A DNA stretch of 64,000 nucleotides from Macrostomum lignano (taxonomy: Eukaryota). A program made the translations under genes and the position numbers. Below are positions 1 through 13,022 of this stretch, one piece after another (the stretch's first letter is position 1; each line of letters opens with the position of its first letter). The stretch is from the NCBI GenBank assembly GCA_002269645.1, contig NIVC01002863.1, positions 1-64,000 on the forward strand. Direction: 5' to 3'. A model generated the notes under the pieces. That model had not been told where the DNA came from, did not search any database, and was given only the letters and a program-made list of their open reading frames with translations.

Positions 1-65
1 GATAGCCTAGATGCAAACAGACTGGAGTGCTAATGTAGCGACCTGGGTTCGAATCTTAGTAGTGC
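1..65 (+). mobile_element. Possible tRNA-derived SINE head (Pol III A/B boxes)
   Basis: TAGCCTAGATG (A-box-like) at 3-13 and GGTTCGAATC (B-box) at 46-55. I could not fold a cloverleaf. It is followed by an A-rich tandem region. Confidence 0.3.
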
Positions 66-109
66 AAAATAATTTTTTTATAAAACATTAAAAACACAAA
101 ATGCTAAAC

Positions 110-470
110 ATAAAAGAAGCGCAATGTCAAACATAAAAGAGCCACCATGTCAAACATAAAAGAACCACCATGTCAAACATATACGTGACTCCATGTCAAA
201 CATATATGTGACTCCATGTCAAACATTAAAGAGCCATCATTTCAAACATTTAAGAGCCACCATGTTGAACATTAAAGAGCCACCTTGCCAAACATAAAAG
301 AGCACCATGTGGAACATTAAAGAGCCACCAAGTCAAACATAAAAGAGCCACAATGTCAAACATTAAAGAGCCAACCATCTCAAACAGTAAAGAGCCACCA
401 TGTCAAACATATACATAACTCCATGTCAAACATTAAAGATACACAATTTCAAATGTAAAAGTAAGCGTCA
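110..470. repeat. Degenerate ~22-23 bp minisatellite (AAAGAGCCACCATGTCAAACAT)
   Basis: About 15 imperfect copies read directly. Confidence 0.85.
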
Positions 471-539
471 TGCCAATTTTAGAGGAGCCACCATAAAGCT
501 AAGGAAATTGTTGCACTAGCTACTTATTGTCTGGTAGAT

Positions 540-1145
540 ACTTGCTATCTGGGGATGCTTGCTATTTGGGGGATGCTTGGTATCTAAGTATCTGAGGGAT
601 GCTTGCTATCTGGGGGTGCTTCTATCTGGGGGATGCTTGCTATCTGGGTGATGCTTGCTATCTAGGGGATGCTTGCTATCTGGGGGTGCTTCTATCTGGG
701 GGATGCTTGCTATCTGGGTGATGCTTGCTATCTGGGGATGCTTGATATTTGGGGGATGCTTGCTATCTGGGGGATGCTTGCTATCTGGGGGATGCTTGCT
801 ATCTAGGGGATGCTTGCTATCTGGGGATGCTTGCTATCTGGGGGATGCTTGCTATCTAGGGGATGCTTGCTATCTGGGGGATACTTGCTATTTGGGGGAT
901 GCTTGCTATCTGGGGGATGCTTGCTATTTAGGGATGCTTGCTATCTGGGGATGCTTGCTATTTGGGGGATGCTTGCTATCTAGGGGATGCTTGCTATCCG
1001 GGGAATGCTTGCTATTTGGGGGATGCTTGCTATCTGGGAGATGCTTGCTATTTGGGGATGCTTGCTATCTGGGGGATGCTTGCTATTTGGGGAATGCTTG
1101 CTACCTGGCGGATGCTTGCTATCCGGGAATGCTTGCAGTCTGGGG
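540..1145. repeat. ~18-19 bp minisatellite (GGGGATGCTTGCTATCTG)
   Basis: About 30 copies. It explains ORFs 655..1149, 938..1177 and 987..1232. Confidence 0.95.
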
Positions 1146-3787
1146 ATGATTTTTTTTTGCATTGCACTTCATTCTAGCAGTTTGTCTGTTGTCTTTGTGA
1201 AGGCTTTTTTGGCTGTCTTTTGTTACTTGTAGAGAACAGAGATTCTATCCAGATGTCCCCATTGGGGGCAAAGATTGCTAGTATTATTAAAAAATTATAA
1301 TGATGAATAGCCAATTTGCTTAGGACCTAAAATGTAAAATAAAAAAATAATTTTATCAAAACAGACTTTATACTTCTTTAAAAAAGAATTTTTTAATTTT
1401 GTCCTATTGTTTCTTGCTAAAATAGGCCAAAGCTAAGAGGGTAAGCCTATATTTTATAAAAAATTGCCTAGTCTCTCTGCAATTTTTCTAGTTTTTTTTT
1501 CAAATAAAACATGGCCACTAGGGGTTGGACAAGAACTCAATCTCACTTGTCAAGATCTTAGCACTTTTCTCAATCTTATCTTGGTTTGAGATCTCAAAAA
1601 AGTCAAGATTTTTTTTATGTAATTATTTGTGACTACAATGTTATCATATTTATATTTGATATATATCAAGTAGGGATCAACTATGATCCTAGTCATAATC
1701 ATTAAAACTATGATCACAAGGAAAAAAATCAGGCATAGGCTTGCCAATTACAATTTATAAGTTTTGTGAATTAAACCTTACTTTTTTAAGTCATAGCACA
1801 ACCAAAGCAAACCAAAATTGCAAAAAATCAGTGTAGATAATAACAAAGCCACATAATAAAATACAGTCAAACAATAAACATGATAAAACAAAGCTTAAAA
1901 ATCAATAAAAATTACTAAACTTGGTAGTATTAATATTAATTATTGTGTTTAAATTAGAATGTATGCTATAAAAAATTTATGCTCATGCATATTCTTATGC
2001 ACAGTTGAGTTCCAATCATGCATGAAAAAAAATCATGCTCAGTTAATCCCTATATCAACTTACTAACAAACTCATTAATCATTATATAATATTAATGGTT
2101 TTCTTTCTTTATCATTATACACATTTAACAAATGATAATATTAGCACTAACAAAAAATGTGTAAATAGGCCTACTAAATGCTAATTAGGCTTAATTTTGA
2201 TTATCTCAAAAGCAAAGGTCTTGAGTCTTGAAAATCCAAAAATATAATATCATCTAATCCCTAATGGCTACCCCCCCTTAGATGTGCCACTTTAGATATA
2301 AAGGCCTTCATAAAAACACATTGCCTTTTTAGGAATAGTTTTAACTTCCTACTTACCATAGTGATAATTTCCAACAGTGGGGTTATGTAAATACGCAACT
2401 TGTTTGGAATTCTTTGGCATATTAGGGCTTAGTTAAGCTATGTTGTACTGTCAATATCCCCTTGAAAAATTAGGAAATTTATATATAAGTGACAGTAAAG
2501 ACTAATAGATCTATAGTATCATTAGTATCAGTGTATGTGGATAATAGTAAAACAGCTCAATTAACAACTACTAATGCCAAGCCACAATTTATTTTTGTAT
2601 TGTAACAACACAGAAAAACTTAACTAAGGAATGTATAAAAATAAGCCAAACAGGCAGACACAATGGTGTGTCTTAGTGATTTAAATCTTTTATTTAGAAA
2701 TACCTTCAAAACAGTACCGAATACCCTTCACTTTACAACAGACAAATTTTATTAAGGGGCACAGACCAAATTAGCTGATTGCAGATTTATTTTATTTTAT
2801 AGAAACAATGGTTTCAAAAGTCGGTAAGAAACTTGTACAAAATAAAACAAAACGAATCAACTAACCCTAGCAGCAAGTTGAGGAAATAAAATTCACTGAA
2901 TTAAAAAAAACCACATAATAAAGACCACAAGTTTTTAGCTTTGTTTTAAGAAATAGGATCGCAGTATGGGGAGGGGGTAAGCTTTGCCTTTGTTGATCGT
3001 CCCCTACAAGCGATGTATTATTATTGATCGAAGAATCTAGCATCAAATATGAGTACATGTGTCCATGACCAATTGAAATCATTGTTCCAGATTTCTCTGA
3101 GAGAGATAGAGAGACAGCGCTTTTGCTTGGCTATCAGCAGAAAATCGATAATTTTTTTCTGCTCAAAAATGCACAAATTCTATACAATAGCTATCTCTGA
3201 TTGCCGATTTCCGGGAGTCATTTGATAAGGGCTGGTTTGAATAGGAATCGAAGCTTTTGGGGCTCGTATTTATGTAGCAATTTTGCGGTAGAAGTTTGCG
3301 TCATAGAGCAGTTATAAATTAACCAAGATGTATTTTTACGACGATGAAATGTACATTGCAGTCACATGTATCACTAAACTGGTCAGTGATAAATGCTACA
3401 AACAACACTACCATCATTTTTTAAAAAGCTGAAAGACATGTTCAGTCAATCAGAAGCAGTATATACACGACTATTAGGTAATGATGAAGGTCAAGATTAC
3501 AATATTTACTTAGCATTTTAAAGTAATATGCAGTTTCGATCGTTACATGCAATAAATCATAAATGTGTGCAGGTAATTCTACCATACATGTAATTTTAAA
3601 AGGCTAAATAACTGTATAATAATAAAAATGTCATAATTATATCACAGCTTCAAAATTTTCAATCTGAATATACAAATGGTTTAAATACCATAATTGCAAA
3701 AGTTAGCTTCTTTCATCATTTTGAAGCATGTAAACGTACCAGGTAAACGTACATGCAAACCTGTTTCATGGAAAAATAATCAACATA

Positions 3788-6615
3788 TCACGACTCATGG
3801 TAGAAATCGATGACCACCGGCTTAGGAATCTCGTCCATCGCTGCATTCGACACGAGCACAGAAGAGTCACTGCCTCCCTTCTCCCAGTACTTCACTCCGT
3901 TTCCCCGGTGGATGTGCCCGTGCAGCACCGCCAGCAGTCTGATCCGCTCGCGCACCTCTCTGCCGAGCTCTTCCCACGGCGGGATGTGCGTCACCAGCAC
4001 GTCGGTGTCAGCCGGCGCGGCTTGCCACCGCGGCAGGAGGCTCTCCCACGGCTCGCTGAAGCCGCGAGCGTAGCTGGCGTCGCGCAACGGGCACCAGGGG
4101 ATTCCGTAGAACTTCAGGCCGCAGAGGGTCACTTCCGAGTCGATGAGGACGTGGCAGCTGGAGGCCAGGCGGCTGGCGAGGCTGCCCCGGCCCCGGCCGC
4201 CGGCCAGGTGGTAGCTGGCCAGCCGCATGTCGTGGTTGCCGGGCACGAACACCTTGTGCTGGTGTGACTGCGAGTCAAAGAAGGCGGCCACTTTGCCGAT
4301 CTCCCGCTCCTCCAGCAGCCGCAGGAGGGGCAGCTTGGCCAGGCTGAACGAGTCAAAGTCGCCTGAGTGCACCAGGATGTCCCCGTCGGGTATCGCCTTC
4401 GCGAACTCCGCGTGACGCCGGTGGGTGTCGCTGATGTGCACGACGCGAACACGACGGCTGTGGTCGCTGCTGTCGCCAACCTGCGCAAATATATTGAGAG
4501 ACTAAAGGGTAGATCGCTATTACTAAGTTGCATTGCTGAGTGGATTGCTAGAGTTGCATTGCTGAGTGGATTGCTAGAGTTGTATTACTGAGTGGATTGC
4601 TAGAGTTGCATTACCGAGTGGATTGCTAGAGTTGCATTACTGAGTGGATTGCTAGAGTTGTATTACTGAGTGGATTGCTAGAGTTGCATTACCGAGTGGA
4701 TTGCTAGAGTTGCATTACTGAGTGGATCGCTAGAGTTGAATTACTGAGTGGATTGCTAGAGTTGCATTACTGAGTGGATCGCTAGAGTTGAATTACTGAG
4801 TGGATTGCTAGAGTTGCATTACTGAGTGGATTGCTAGAGTTGCATTGCTGAGTGGATTGCTAGAGTTGCATTACTGAGTGGATTGCTAGAGTTGCATTAC
4901 TGAGGGGATTGCTAGAGTTGCATTGCTGAGTGGATTGCTAGAGTTGCATTGCTGAGTGGATTGCTAGAGTTGCATTACTGAGTGGATTGCTAGAGTTGCA
5001 TTGCTGAGGGGATTGCTAGAGTTGCATTACTGAGTGGATTGCTAGAGTTGCATTACTGAGTGGATTGCTAGAGTTGCATTACTGAGTGGATTGCTAGAGT
5101 TGAATTACTGAGTGGATTGCTAGAGTTGCATTACTGAGTGGATCGCTAGAGTTGAATTACTGAGTGGATCGCTAGAGTTGCATTACTGAGTGGATTGCTA
5201 GAGTTGCATTACTGAGTGGATCGCTAGAGTTGAATTACTGAGTGGATTGCTAGAGTTGCATTACTGAGTGGATCGCTAGAGTTGAATTACTGAGTGGATT
5301 GCTAGAGTTGCATTACTGAGTGGATCGCTAGAGTTGAATTACTGAGTGGATTGCTAGAGTTGCATTACTGAGTGGATCGCTAGAGTTGCATTACTGAGTG
5401 GATTGCTAGAGTTGCATTGCTGAGTGGATTGCTAGAGTTGCATTACTGAGTGGATTGCTAGAGTTGCATTGCTGAGTGGATTGCTAGAGTTGCATTACTG
5501 AGTGGATTGCTAGAGTTGCATTGCTGAGTGGATTGCTAGAGTTGCATTACTGAGTGGATTGCTAGAGTTGCATTACTGAGTGGATTGCTAGAGTTGCATT
5601 GCTGAGTGGATTGCTAGAGTTGCATTGCTGAGTGGATTGCTAGAGTTGCATTGCTGAGTGGATTGCTAGAGTTGCATTGCTGAGTGGATTGCTAGAGTTG
5701 CATTGCTGAGTGGATTGCTAGAGTTGCATTACTGAGTGGATTGCTAGAGTTGCATTACTGAGTGGATTGCTAGAGTTGCATTACTGAGTGGATTGCTAGA
5801 GTTGCATTACTGAGGGATTGCTAGAGTTGCATTGCTGAGTGGATTGCTAGAGTTGCATTGCTGAGGGATTGCTAGAGTTGCATTGCTGAGTGGATTGCTA
5901 GAGTTGCATTGCTGAGGGGATTGCTAGAGTTGCATTACTGAGTGGATTGCTAGAGTTGCATTACTGAGGGGATTGCTAGAGTTGTATTACTGAGTGGATT
6001 GCTAGAGTTGCATTACTGAGGGATTGCTAGAGTTGCATTGCTGAGTGGATTGCTAGAGTTGCATTGCTGAGTGGATTGCTAGAGTTGCATTGCTGAGTGG
6101 ATTGCTAGAGTTGCATTACTGAGTGGATTGCTAGAGTTGCATTACTGAGGGGATTGCTAGAGTTGCATTGCTGAGTGGATTGCTAGAGTTGCATTGCTGA
6201 GGGGATTGCTAGAGTTGCATTGCTGAGTGGATTGCTAGAGTTGCATTGCTGAGTGGATTGCTAGAGTTGCATTGCTGAGTGGATTGCTAGAGTTGCATTG
6301 CTGAGTGGATTGCTAGAGTTGCATTGCTGAGTGGATTGCTAGAGTTGCATTGCTGAGTGGATTGCTAGAGTTGCATTACTGAGTGGATTGCTAGAGTTGC
6401 ATTACTGAGTGGATTGCTAGAGTTGCATTGCTGAGTGGATTGCTAGAGTTGCATTGCTGAGTGGATTGCTAGAGTTGCATTACTGAGTGGATTGCTAGAG
6501 TTGCATTACTGAGTGGATTGCTAGAGTTGCATTGCTGAGTGGATTGCTAGTTTAGATTGTGTTGAAGATTCGATGCACGAAGGCAGCGGAGTACCTTCAC
6601 GTGATGTGGCTCCAT
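3788..6615 (-). CDS. Calcineurin-like metallophosphoesterase, MPPED1/2 (239FB)-like, catalytic motifs intact
   Basis: Exons complement(6595..6615, 3788..4480), MEPHHVK|VGDSSDH..., with a GT-AG phase-0 intron. Motifs SDTH, HSGDF, GNHD, THIPP and HGHIH are all present. Confidence 0.88.
4527..6550. repeat. 26-bp intronic minisatellite (GAGTGGATTGCTAGAGTTGCATTACT), ~78 copies
   Basis: Fills almost the whole intron of the first metallophosphoesterase gene. Confidence 0.97.
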
Positions 6616-7068
6616 TCCGTGACGATTTCGCTGCTTTGAGCTTCTTCGTCCACGAAGTGCTCGACTGATGAAGATTCCGGAAGCGCGACCCAGTTTCAGA
6701 ATAAATTTTCTCAAAGATTCAACCTCGACTCGACCTCGACCGACCAAAGCATGCAGACTGTCAAAACCTGCTGTGAGTAGAGGGACTCTTCATGCGCATT
6801 GCGCTGCTTTGACTCAACTGGCTTCCACTCTGACTGTACTTGGCCTGTCGGCAAAGTACAATCTGCTGTAGCCATTATATACCGCATTGCTCAATGTACA
6901 TTCTCACTCTCTCACTGCCATGTTGCCTCGGGCAGTGCAATGACTGGCCTGACCCGAGAGTAGATAGAGAGAGAGACAGTTCCCAGGACAACAAAAATTT
7001 TCTACTATAAATAGCTCCGCCCTGTGACAGGCTGGAGCTTTACTTGTAATTGGGTATTTTTCACTTTA

Positions 7069-7160
7069 GAACTGCCTCATTCACTCCCAGCTTCTGAGCT
7101 CACTCTTGAACTGCCTCATTCACTCCCAGCTCCCTGAGCTCACTCTAGAACTGCCCCATT
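7069..7160. repeat. Short ~40-bp tandem duplication (~2.5 copies)
   Basis: GAACTGCCTCATTCACTCCCAGCT..CTGAGCTCACTCT repeated. Confidence 0.75.
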
Positions 7161-7754
7161 CCCTGACAGAGTGATCAAACTCGTGAAAAATTCCAGGATG
7201 ACTTAATTAGAAGGCTGGACACCTGGTTTCTTAGAAAATTTTAGAAGGCAGGTTTTCCCGGAAAAATACACTACGGAGATAGGAAGTTTTCATTTTTCAG
7301 CACAAAAATTGTTATTGCTTTTGATAGGAGGCAGATCCAGTGCTCATCTTTTGATATGTTGTGCCTTTCTTATTGCTCTATTGATATTCGTAAAGCTCTC
7401 CGTTTAAAAATTATGATTTTATGTAATTTTTTTATTCTACGTACATTCTACGTTTTTAAGTCGTCCTTGGAAAAATTATGGAACAGAAATGACAGGTCAT
7501 CAATGGATGCAAACAACAAATCATTATTTGCATTAAAGTACACCAATTAAAATTGGAATCGAATCACATGCCATGCCAGTGCGCGAGCTGCTGTTTCAAA
7601 ATCCCTCGGGCTGGATGCAATGAAGGTAATCAAATTGATTCTTAATTCGCGTCATTTCAATAACAGAAATTGTTTGCAGATTCAATTGACAAGAGAGACC
7701 CGATTGCATTCTTCTGGCCTACTGCTACTGTCAGTAGTCACTGAAGCCGGCCAA

Positions 7755-8432
7755 TCAGGATGGCGTGGCCGGCCGGGCCTTCACGTAGGCGGCCAGCCGG
7801 GGACTCGTGGCCAGCAGCCGTTCGCTGTGCGCCCGAAGGTCGGGCAGCAGCAGCAGCCTGGCCGAGGCTTCGGACAGCTCGGCGTGCTGCTCCGGCGGCA
7901 GGTTGAACACCGGAAGGCGCGCCGCCGCGTCTGCCGCTTTGAAGATGGCCAGGTCGCCCAGGGTAGCCCCGGTGGCGGCGCCAGGGACCACGGGTTTGCC
8001 GCCGGGGACGAGGCGGGCGAGCCCGGCCGCCAGCTGGCCGCACCGCTCGCTGATGTCGGCCTGCCAGAGCGCCATCCGCTGGTCCTCTGGGGTCCGGTAG
8101 ACTCGCAGCAGCTCCAGCTCGAGGTCCTCCGCCTGCTGCACGGCCTGGTCGATGAGGAAGGCCTCCCAGGGATCATCCGGGTTGCCATAGAGACCGCCCA
8201 GGCGGGCAAAGTAGCGCGCGATGGCCAGGCTCTGGGTGAGGGTGCGGCCGTTGGGCAGCTGGACGAACGGGCAGCGGCCATTCGGCGACAGGCTGCGGTA
8301 GGTCTCGGCCCACTGCTGCCTGCTGAACCGAACCTCGTCAAACTCGATGCCTGCGGCGGACAGGACGAGCCGGCAGAGCTCGCCCCGACCCCGGAAGTCA
8401 AAGTAGAACAGCGTGGGCCGCTCCGGAGCCAT
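7755..8432 (-). CDS. Cytosolic glutathione S-transferase (sigma/mu-like), intronless, 225 aa
   Basis: N-terminal TLFYFDFRGRGELCRL, PNGRCPFVQ, LTQSLAIARY, and C-domain TLGDLAIF motifs. Confidence 0.92.
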   Translation of the reverse strand: MAPERPTLFYFDFRGRGELCRLVLSAAGIEFDEVRFSRQQWAETYRSLSPNGRCPFVQLPNGRTLTQSLAIARYFARLGGLYGNPDDPWEAFLIDQAVQQAEDLELELLRVYRTPEDQRMALWQADISERCGQLAAGLARLVPGGKPVVPGAATGATLGDLAIFKAADAAARLPVFNLPPEQHAELSEASARLLLLPDLRAHSERLLATSPRLAAYVKARPATPS

Positions 8433-9259
8433 TGAAGAGCTTCAAATAAGACGGCAGACTGAGGGAGTTTCGCTGCTTTTCGAGTTGCGCTTCGGTGCCC
8501 GGTGCGTCTCGTCGCGAGCAGAGCCGAGCCGAGCATGGCTAGCTGAGCGCGAACGAGCATATCTATGGCGCCGCACACTGCGGTTGAGTGGGCAGCGCTG
8601 CTGTGTGGATGGGAGCTGAGCAGTGCATGAGCACAATTAGAAGTGTTTTGCAGATAGTTGGCGCAAGCAGACAGGCAAGCTGTGTTAACACGAATTCCAT
8701 TCAGAGCTTGTTTCTGAGCTGGGCTGGGGTCGTTCGGATGAAATTCGCATTGTTAGTTGTAGTTGCAACCCCGCTGAGCGCATGTAGTTTCATTTCAAAG
8801 TTTCATTTAGCAACTCATTGTGCGATAGAGGCGCACCAGCCTTGCCTGCGCAAGTTTACAACCCCGCCTCCAAAATGCTTTGAATGGTAGCGAATGCAGA
8901 CTTGGCTTGTTTGCTACTTAATGTGTTATTTCAACTGAAAGTTTAGCTACCTGTATCTTGATTAGGGGGGAGAAAACTCGAAAGCAGTGGAATAGCCAGA
9001 GGTAATCATTAAAATCGAGATGGGGAGGTCACTGTCCCTCTCAAATAGTGCTTATCTAGGGGAGGTCAAGGTGGTCAAATATCCCAGGAAAAAATAGGAG
9101 CCTTTTTTCGGCGCCAAAATAGCGTTAAAATGTTTTTTGTTTAGTTCGTGGCAACAAGGGGACTCCGCCTCAATCTGTCAAATCTGTGTTCCAGCGGTCG
9201 TTGAACCCGACGCACATCTTTGACCCTAATCCAAAATACTTGACTTGCATGACGCCCAT

Positions 9260-9640
9260 TTCGCCAGCCCCTGGCGACCAATGACTTCTGTCGAAGTGGG
9301 AAGGGAAAGAACTCAGCCCGTCCCGTGTCCCTGAGGTACCGGGCGAGCAGCGGGATGCTCTCGGGCCTGCAAACGTCGGAGAGAACCGGGTTTGGCCCGA
9401 GGTGAGCGAGCCTGGCCCTGGTGAAAACCGGGCAGTGGCAGATAAAGTGCTCGGCGTTTTCACTGCCTGAGCGGCAGAAGCTGGGCATCGCTCCTCAGGT
9501 ACCTGGATCTGAAGGAAACGGTGGATGCTGACTGCTCTAAGATCCCAGCGGTTGAGACTAAGGAGGGCTCTACGCAGGAGAGTGGAGGGCAGGGGACGGG
9601 ATTGCGTTGATACTCGCACAGAAGGCATTAGGCACGGCTG
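9260..9640 (-). mobile_element. 3' fragment of a non-LTR retrotransposon ORF2 (C-terminal CCHC-type knuckle), degenerate
   Basis: LLSLNRWDLRAV... followed, after a frameshift, by SFCRSGSENAEHFICHCPVFTRARLAHLG...YLRDTGR. This pattern is typical of the ends of RNaseH-bearing LINE (LOA/I/Tad1-type) ORF2. Confidence 0.65.
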
Positions 9641-10871
9641 GATGCTGGAAGCGGATATAAAGAATCAGTGCAATCAGATTAAGTGAAAGCTGTTTGACTC
9701 TTTGGCTGTCATCCCCAAATTCACTCACTTTTGTCAAATTCTAAAATCAGTTTAGCATACTCATAGCCAATATTTTTATGTATGTACTTTTTATGTATTT
9801 TATTTACCGCAAAATTTGAAGCTTAGTTTTCGAACATAAACAATAAAAAACAACAATAATGTGCACTGGTACATTTTGTGCCTACTATCTGTGCAGTAGT
9901 ATGGTAAAGACAAACAATACATTGCGTGACAACCGAAGCCTTCGTACCCGTATTAGCAAACAAATATTTTTAAGCTTTTCGACGCTATATTATGTACTTT
10001 TAAGCAATTTCGACTCTATGTACTTTCGGCTCAGTATTTATTACAGTCACATTAATTTAGGGCTCAATTGAAATCTCGGCTTGGCTTTACGTCTTGTTGG
10101 TCCAGATGTCTTTGTCTTGATTTTCAGTCATCGTCGGTGCCTACTTGGGATCGTGGGGTGTCCTGAAACCAGCTGAAACCAGCTGTCCATGGAACTGGAT
10201 GACTGCGAACTGAGCCTATTGTGCATGATTAGGTGTTTAAGGCGTGATGCTGGTACCGCGGGAGCCTGCATCGCCGAACTCCTGAACTGTTAAGATTTTG
10301 GCCCAAGCTATTTTTATTGTGTTACGAAAGGCATGCCGCCGCAGCTTCCATAATTCGAGTGCACAAGAAGGCTATTGCATGCAGGGTAGAGCAAGAAAAC
10401 TTTCCGCATCAGTGCGGGGTGGGCATGCAGGTGAGCGCTGGCGGGGCTGTCGCCTCTGTGCGTTGGAGGCGTTCCATGGCTCCATGTTCCATGCAAGCAA
10501 AGTATTCGATGTTGTTTATTTCAAAACTTAGCGATGAAACTGAGACTCATCAGTGAAATATATTTATAGTTCAAGTCCTGTGATCTTGATGTCTCATGTC
10601 TTTTTAGTGCCAGCGGTTTTGTGATTTCTTATGTTTACATTTTCAAAATGCCTGCTGACAGCCGTTTTTTATTGCTAGTTTCAGTTTTTAGATATGAATT
10701 TTTAGTATAGGGGACTAGCCATCTGCGCCCCCTGTAGTAGCAATTACGTATTTTTGACCTTGTACAGTCACTATTGTTAGTTTCTTAAGGAAAAAGATGT
10801 CTAAAGCAAAAAATGAAAGCATCTGACCTCAATGTAAGCTATCTGGCCTGAGATATCAGCCTCCCCTTTAA

Positions 10872-11056
10872 CCGCCAGCAGTCTGATGGTAAGCAGTGCT
10901 TACCACGCTGACACTCCAATCCAAGCCTAAACTTTCGCGAGTGAGGAAAGTCTCTATAAGTCTATGGCTGGCCACAGGCCGTTCCGGTCGGCTATGGTAA
11001 GCAGAGCTTGCCATAGAATTGAAGTTAGGAAAATCAGATTGAGCAGCTCTTCAAAA

Positions 11057-11088
<32 letters not shown>

Positions 11089-13022
11089 TCAGCCATTAGG
11101 GGTCATGGACAAATATTTATTCAAAAAGGAACTAGCTTTACTTTTATCCTTCCAAATAAAAAAATTTGTCATTTGCCTTTTATACCGCAGTTGGTTGAAA
11201 TCTGCTACAGATTATTCACGGTCTGGAAACAACTCGACTGAAGAAAAAATCATACAAAAAATATTTTAACAAAGTAAAACAAAAGTAAGCAGATCGTACA
11301 TTTAGATGCAAAAGTACTCCAAAACGCAAAAAAGAACATTGTGATATGTGTTAGACAACTTTAAACTTTAAATAAACATAATAACTCAGTAAACTTACAA
11401 ACTACATTAAAATATACTGACTTGCATTATATTTTGACTAAGTTCGAGTGAACAGTTGCCTTCAAATAGATTCATTAAGGCAGACTTAGTCCAAATCGCA
11501 GTCGAAGATCAGGCATGCCACTGCTGAAAGCAAGCTTCCAAGCAGAGCCCCGGTTCCCCTGGACACTCAGGGCAGCAGTAGATCGTGCGCTTGCTGCTTC
11601 CAGCTCTGTAGCAGACACGACAGCGCTTTGTTGGTCTTGGCTGACTGTCCCGCGCCACAATCTTCGTTGGAAAGTGCGGACTGACTGGGCCACCTGGAGC
11701 GGCCTGGATGCCAGCGGCCGGGCGCTTCCTGCTCGTTCCGGTACGCTCCACCAGCTCCCGAATGCTGGCCTCAAGAAACTTGGCGAACGTCTTCTCTCCA
11801 CCGCACCGGCTGTACACAATCCAAGCGTTGCGAATCATTTGAAGAAAAAGATGCAAGCCGAGCTTCAAAAACCACTTTGTAGTTTTCCTCCCTGGCAGAT
11901 GAGGCTGTAGATGACTGTCCATTCTGTCAACACCACCCATGCACCGATTGTAGGTGAGAACTGACCTGCTCTTCTGCACCACTGTTTCTGCTCCTCCACG
12001 AACCACGCGTCTGGTTTGAACCCTCTCAGCCGCCTCTTTCGTGTCCAGCAAATACAGAGTCTTCAGGCCACTCTCCTTTCGTTCAACGATCTTGACAGCC
12101 AGCACCCCGTCTTTGCGCATGAAGGCGACGTCGTTAGGTGGAACGTGCAGCTGTCTGAGCTCAATCGGCACACCTCGGTCGGCCCGGACGGTACAAGTCT
12201 CTTTCAAAGCCTGCAGCAACGGACGGATCTTAAAGAGAGGATCGTTGACAATCGGATCCTCAGCGCAATCGTAGAAACGGAGCAGACCAAGTAGCTGCTT
12301 GAAGCGGTCCCTTGAGAGAGCTTGAGGTGCTTGAAAGTACGGCGTACTGTAGTAACTGTCTGTGCTCCAGTACTCGTTCATTTCGGCCTTTTTATTGGAA
12401 CCCATGTAAAGGCACATTCCTAACACTTTCTTTACTTCATTCGCACTGCAATCTCTTCATTGCGCAAAATTCCGAGGCAGGTCGTCGACATTGACAGAGT
12501 GGATCGCCGCCCAGGCTCTTCGATTAGTCCATTTTGCCAGTTCTTCGAAAAGGCTATTGGACAAAAAAAGACCGAGAAAAAAGGACGTTGCCTGCTCAAC
12601 ATCACCAGGTACGCAAATTCCTGGATTCAGTCCCTAGAAACTCGTGCACATTCGCTTGCACGTCATGCCCAGCAACTACAGAATGCCAAGACAGCTCTTC
12701 CGTCTCTTCGGCAGTGCTCTGGCCGTCCGACTCACCATAATCGTCCTCTGACATGATGTCTTCTTCTTCATCGGACGTCATTAGGTCCGAATCGGAAAAA
12801 CTTTCAAATTCTTCCATGAGTGCAGCCATAATCTTCAGCTGTAAAATTTTCTATGTTAGTTTATGGAGACTTAGTTTTGGGCCTTATTCATAGTCTTTTT
12901 ATCAGACTGGAATGACCACAGACTTAGCAAACCATTCTGCTGAAAGGAATAGTCTATGGTAAGCGCTGCTTACCATCCGACCGGAACGGAGATGAATAAA
13001 ATCCTCTTCAGTTCGGAAGAGG
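10872..13022 (-). mobile_element. Non-autonomous piggyBac (PGBD4-like) transposon
   Basis: Left end TTAA|CCG (TTAA 10868-10871). Right end GG followed by TTTTAA (13023-13028). Inverted subterminal motif GATGGTAAGCAG(T/C)GCTTACCA at ~10885, ~10995 and, inverted, ~12957-12980. Confidence 0.85.
11509..12829 (-). pseudogene. piggyBac transposase pseudogene
   Basis: Acidic N-terminus, SRDRF..L..LRF, DPLFKIRPL, YNRCMGGVDRMD and a C-terminal CxxC...CPEC...LC Cys-rich domain. Disabled by a frameshift near 12630, an in-frame TGA at 12457-12459 and a deletion of the catalytic core at ~12192. Confidence 0.9.

Noticed and set aside
7620-8619. Overlapping antisense and alternative-frame ORFs over the GST (and similar ones over other GC-rich exons)
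   Set aside because: These are shadow ORFs expected from high GC3 codon usage and have no recognisable motifs.
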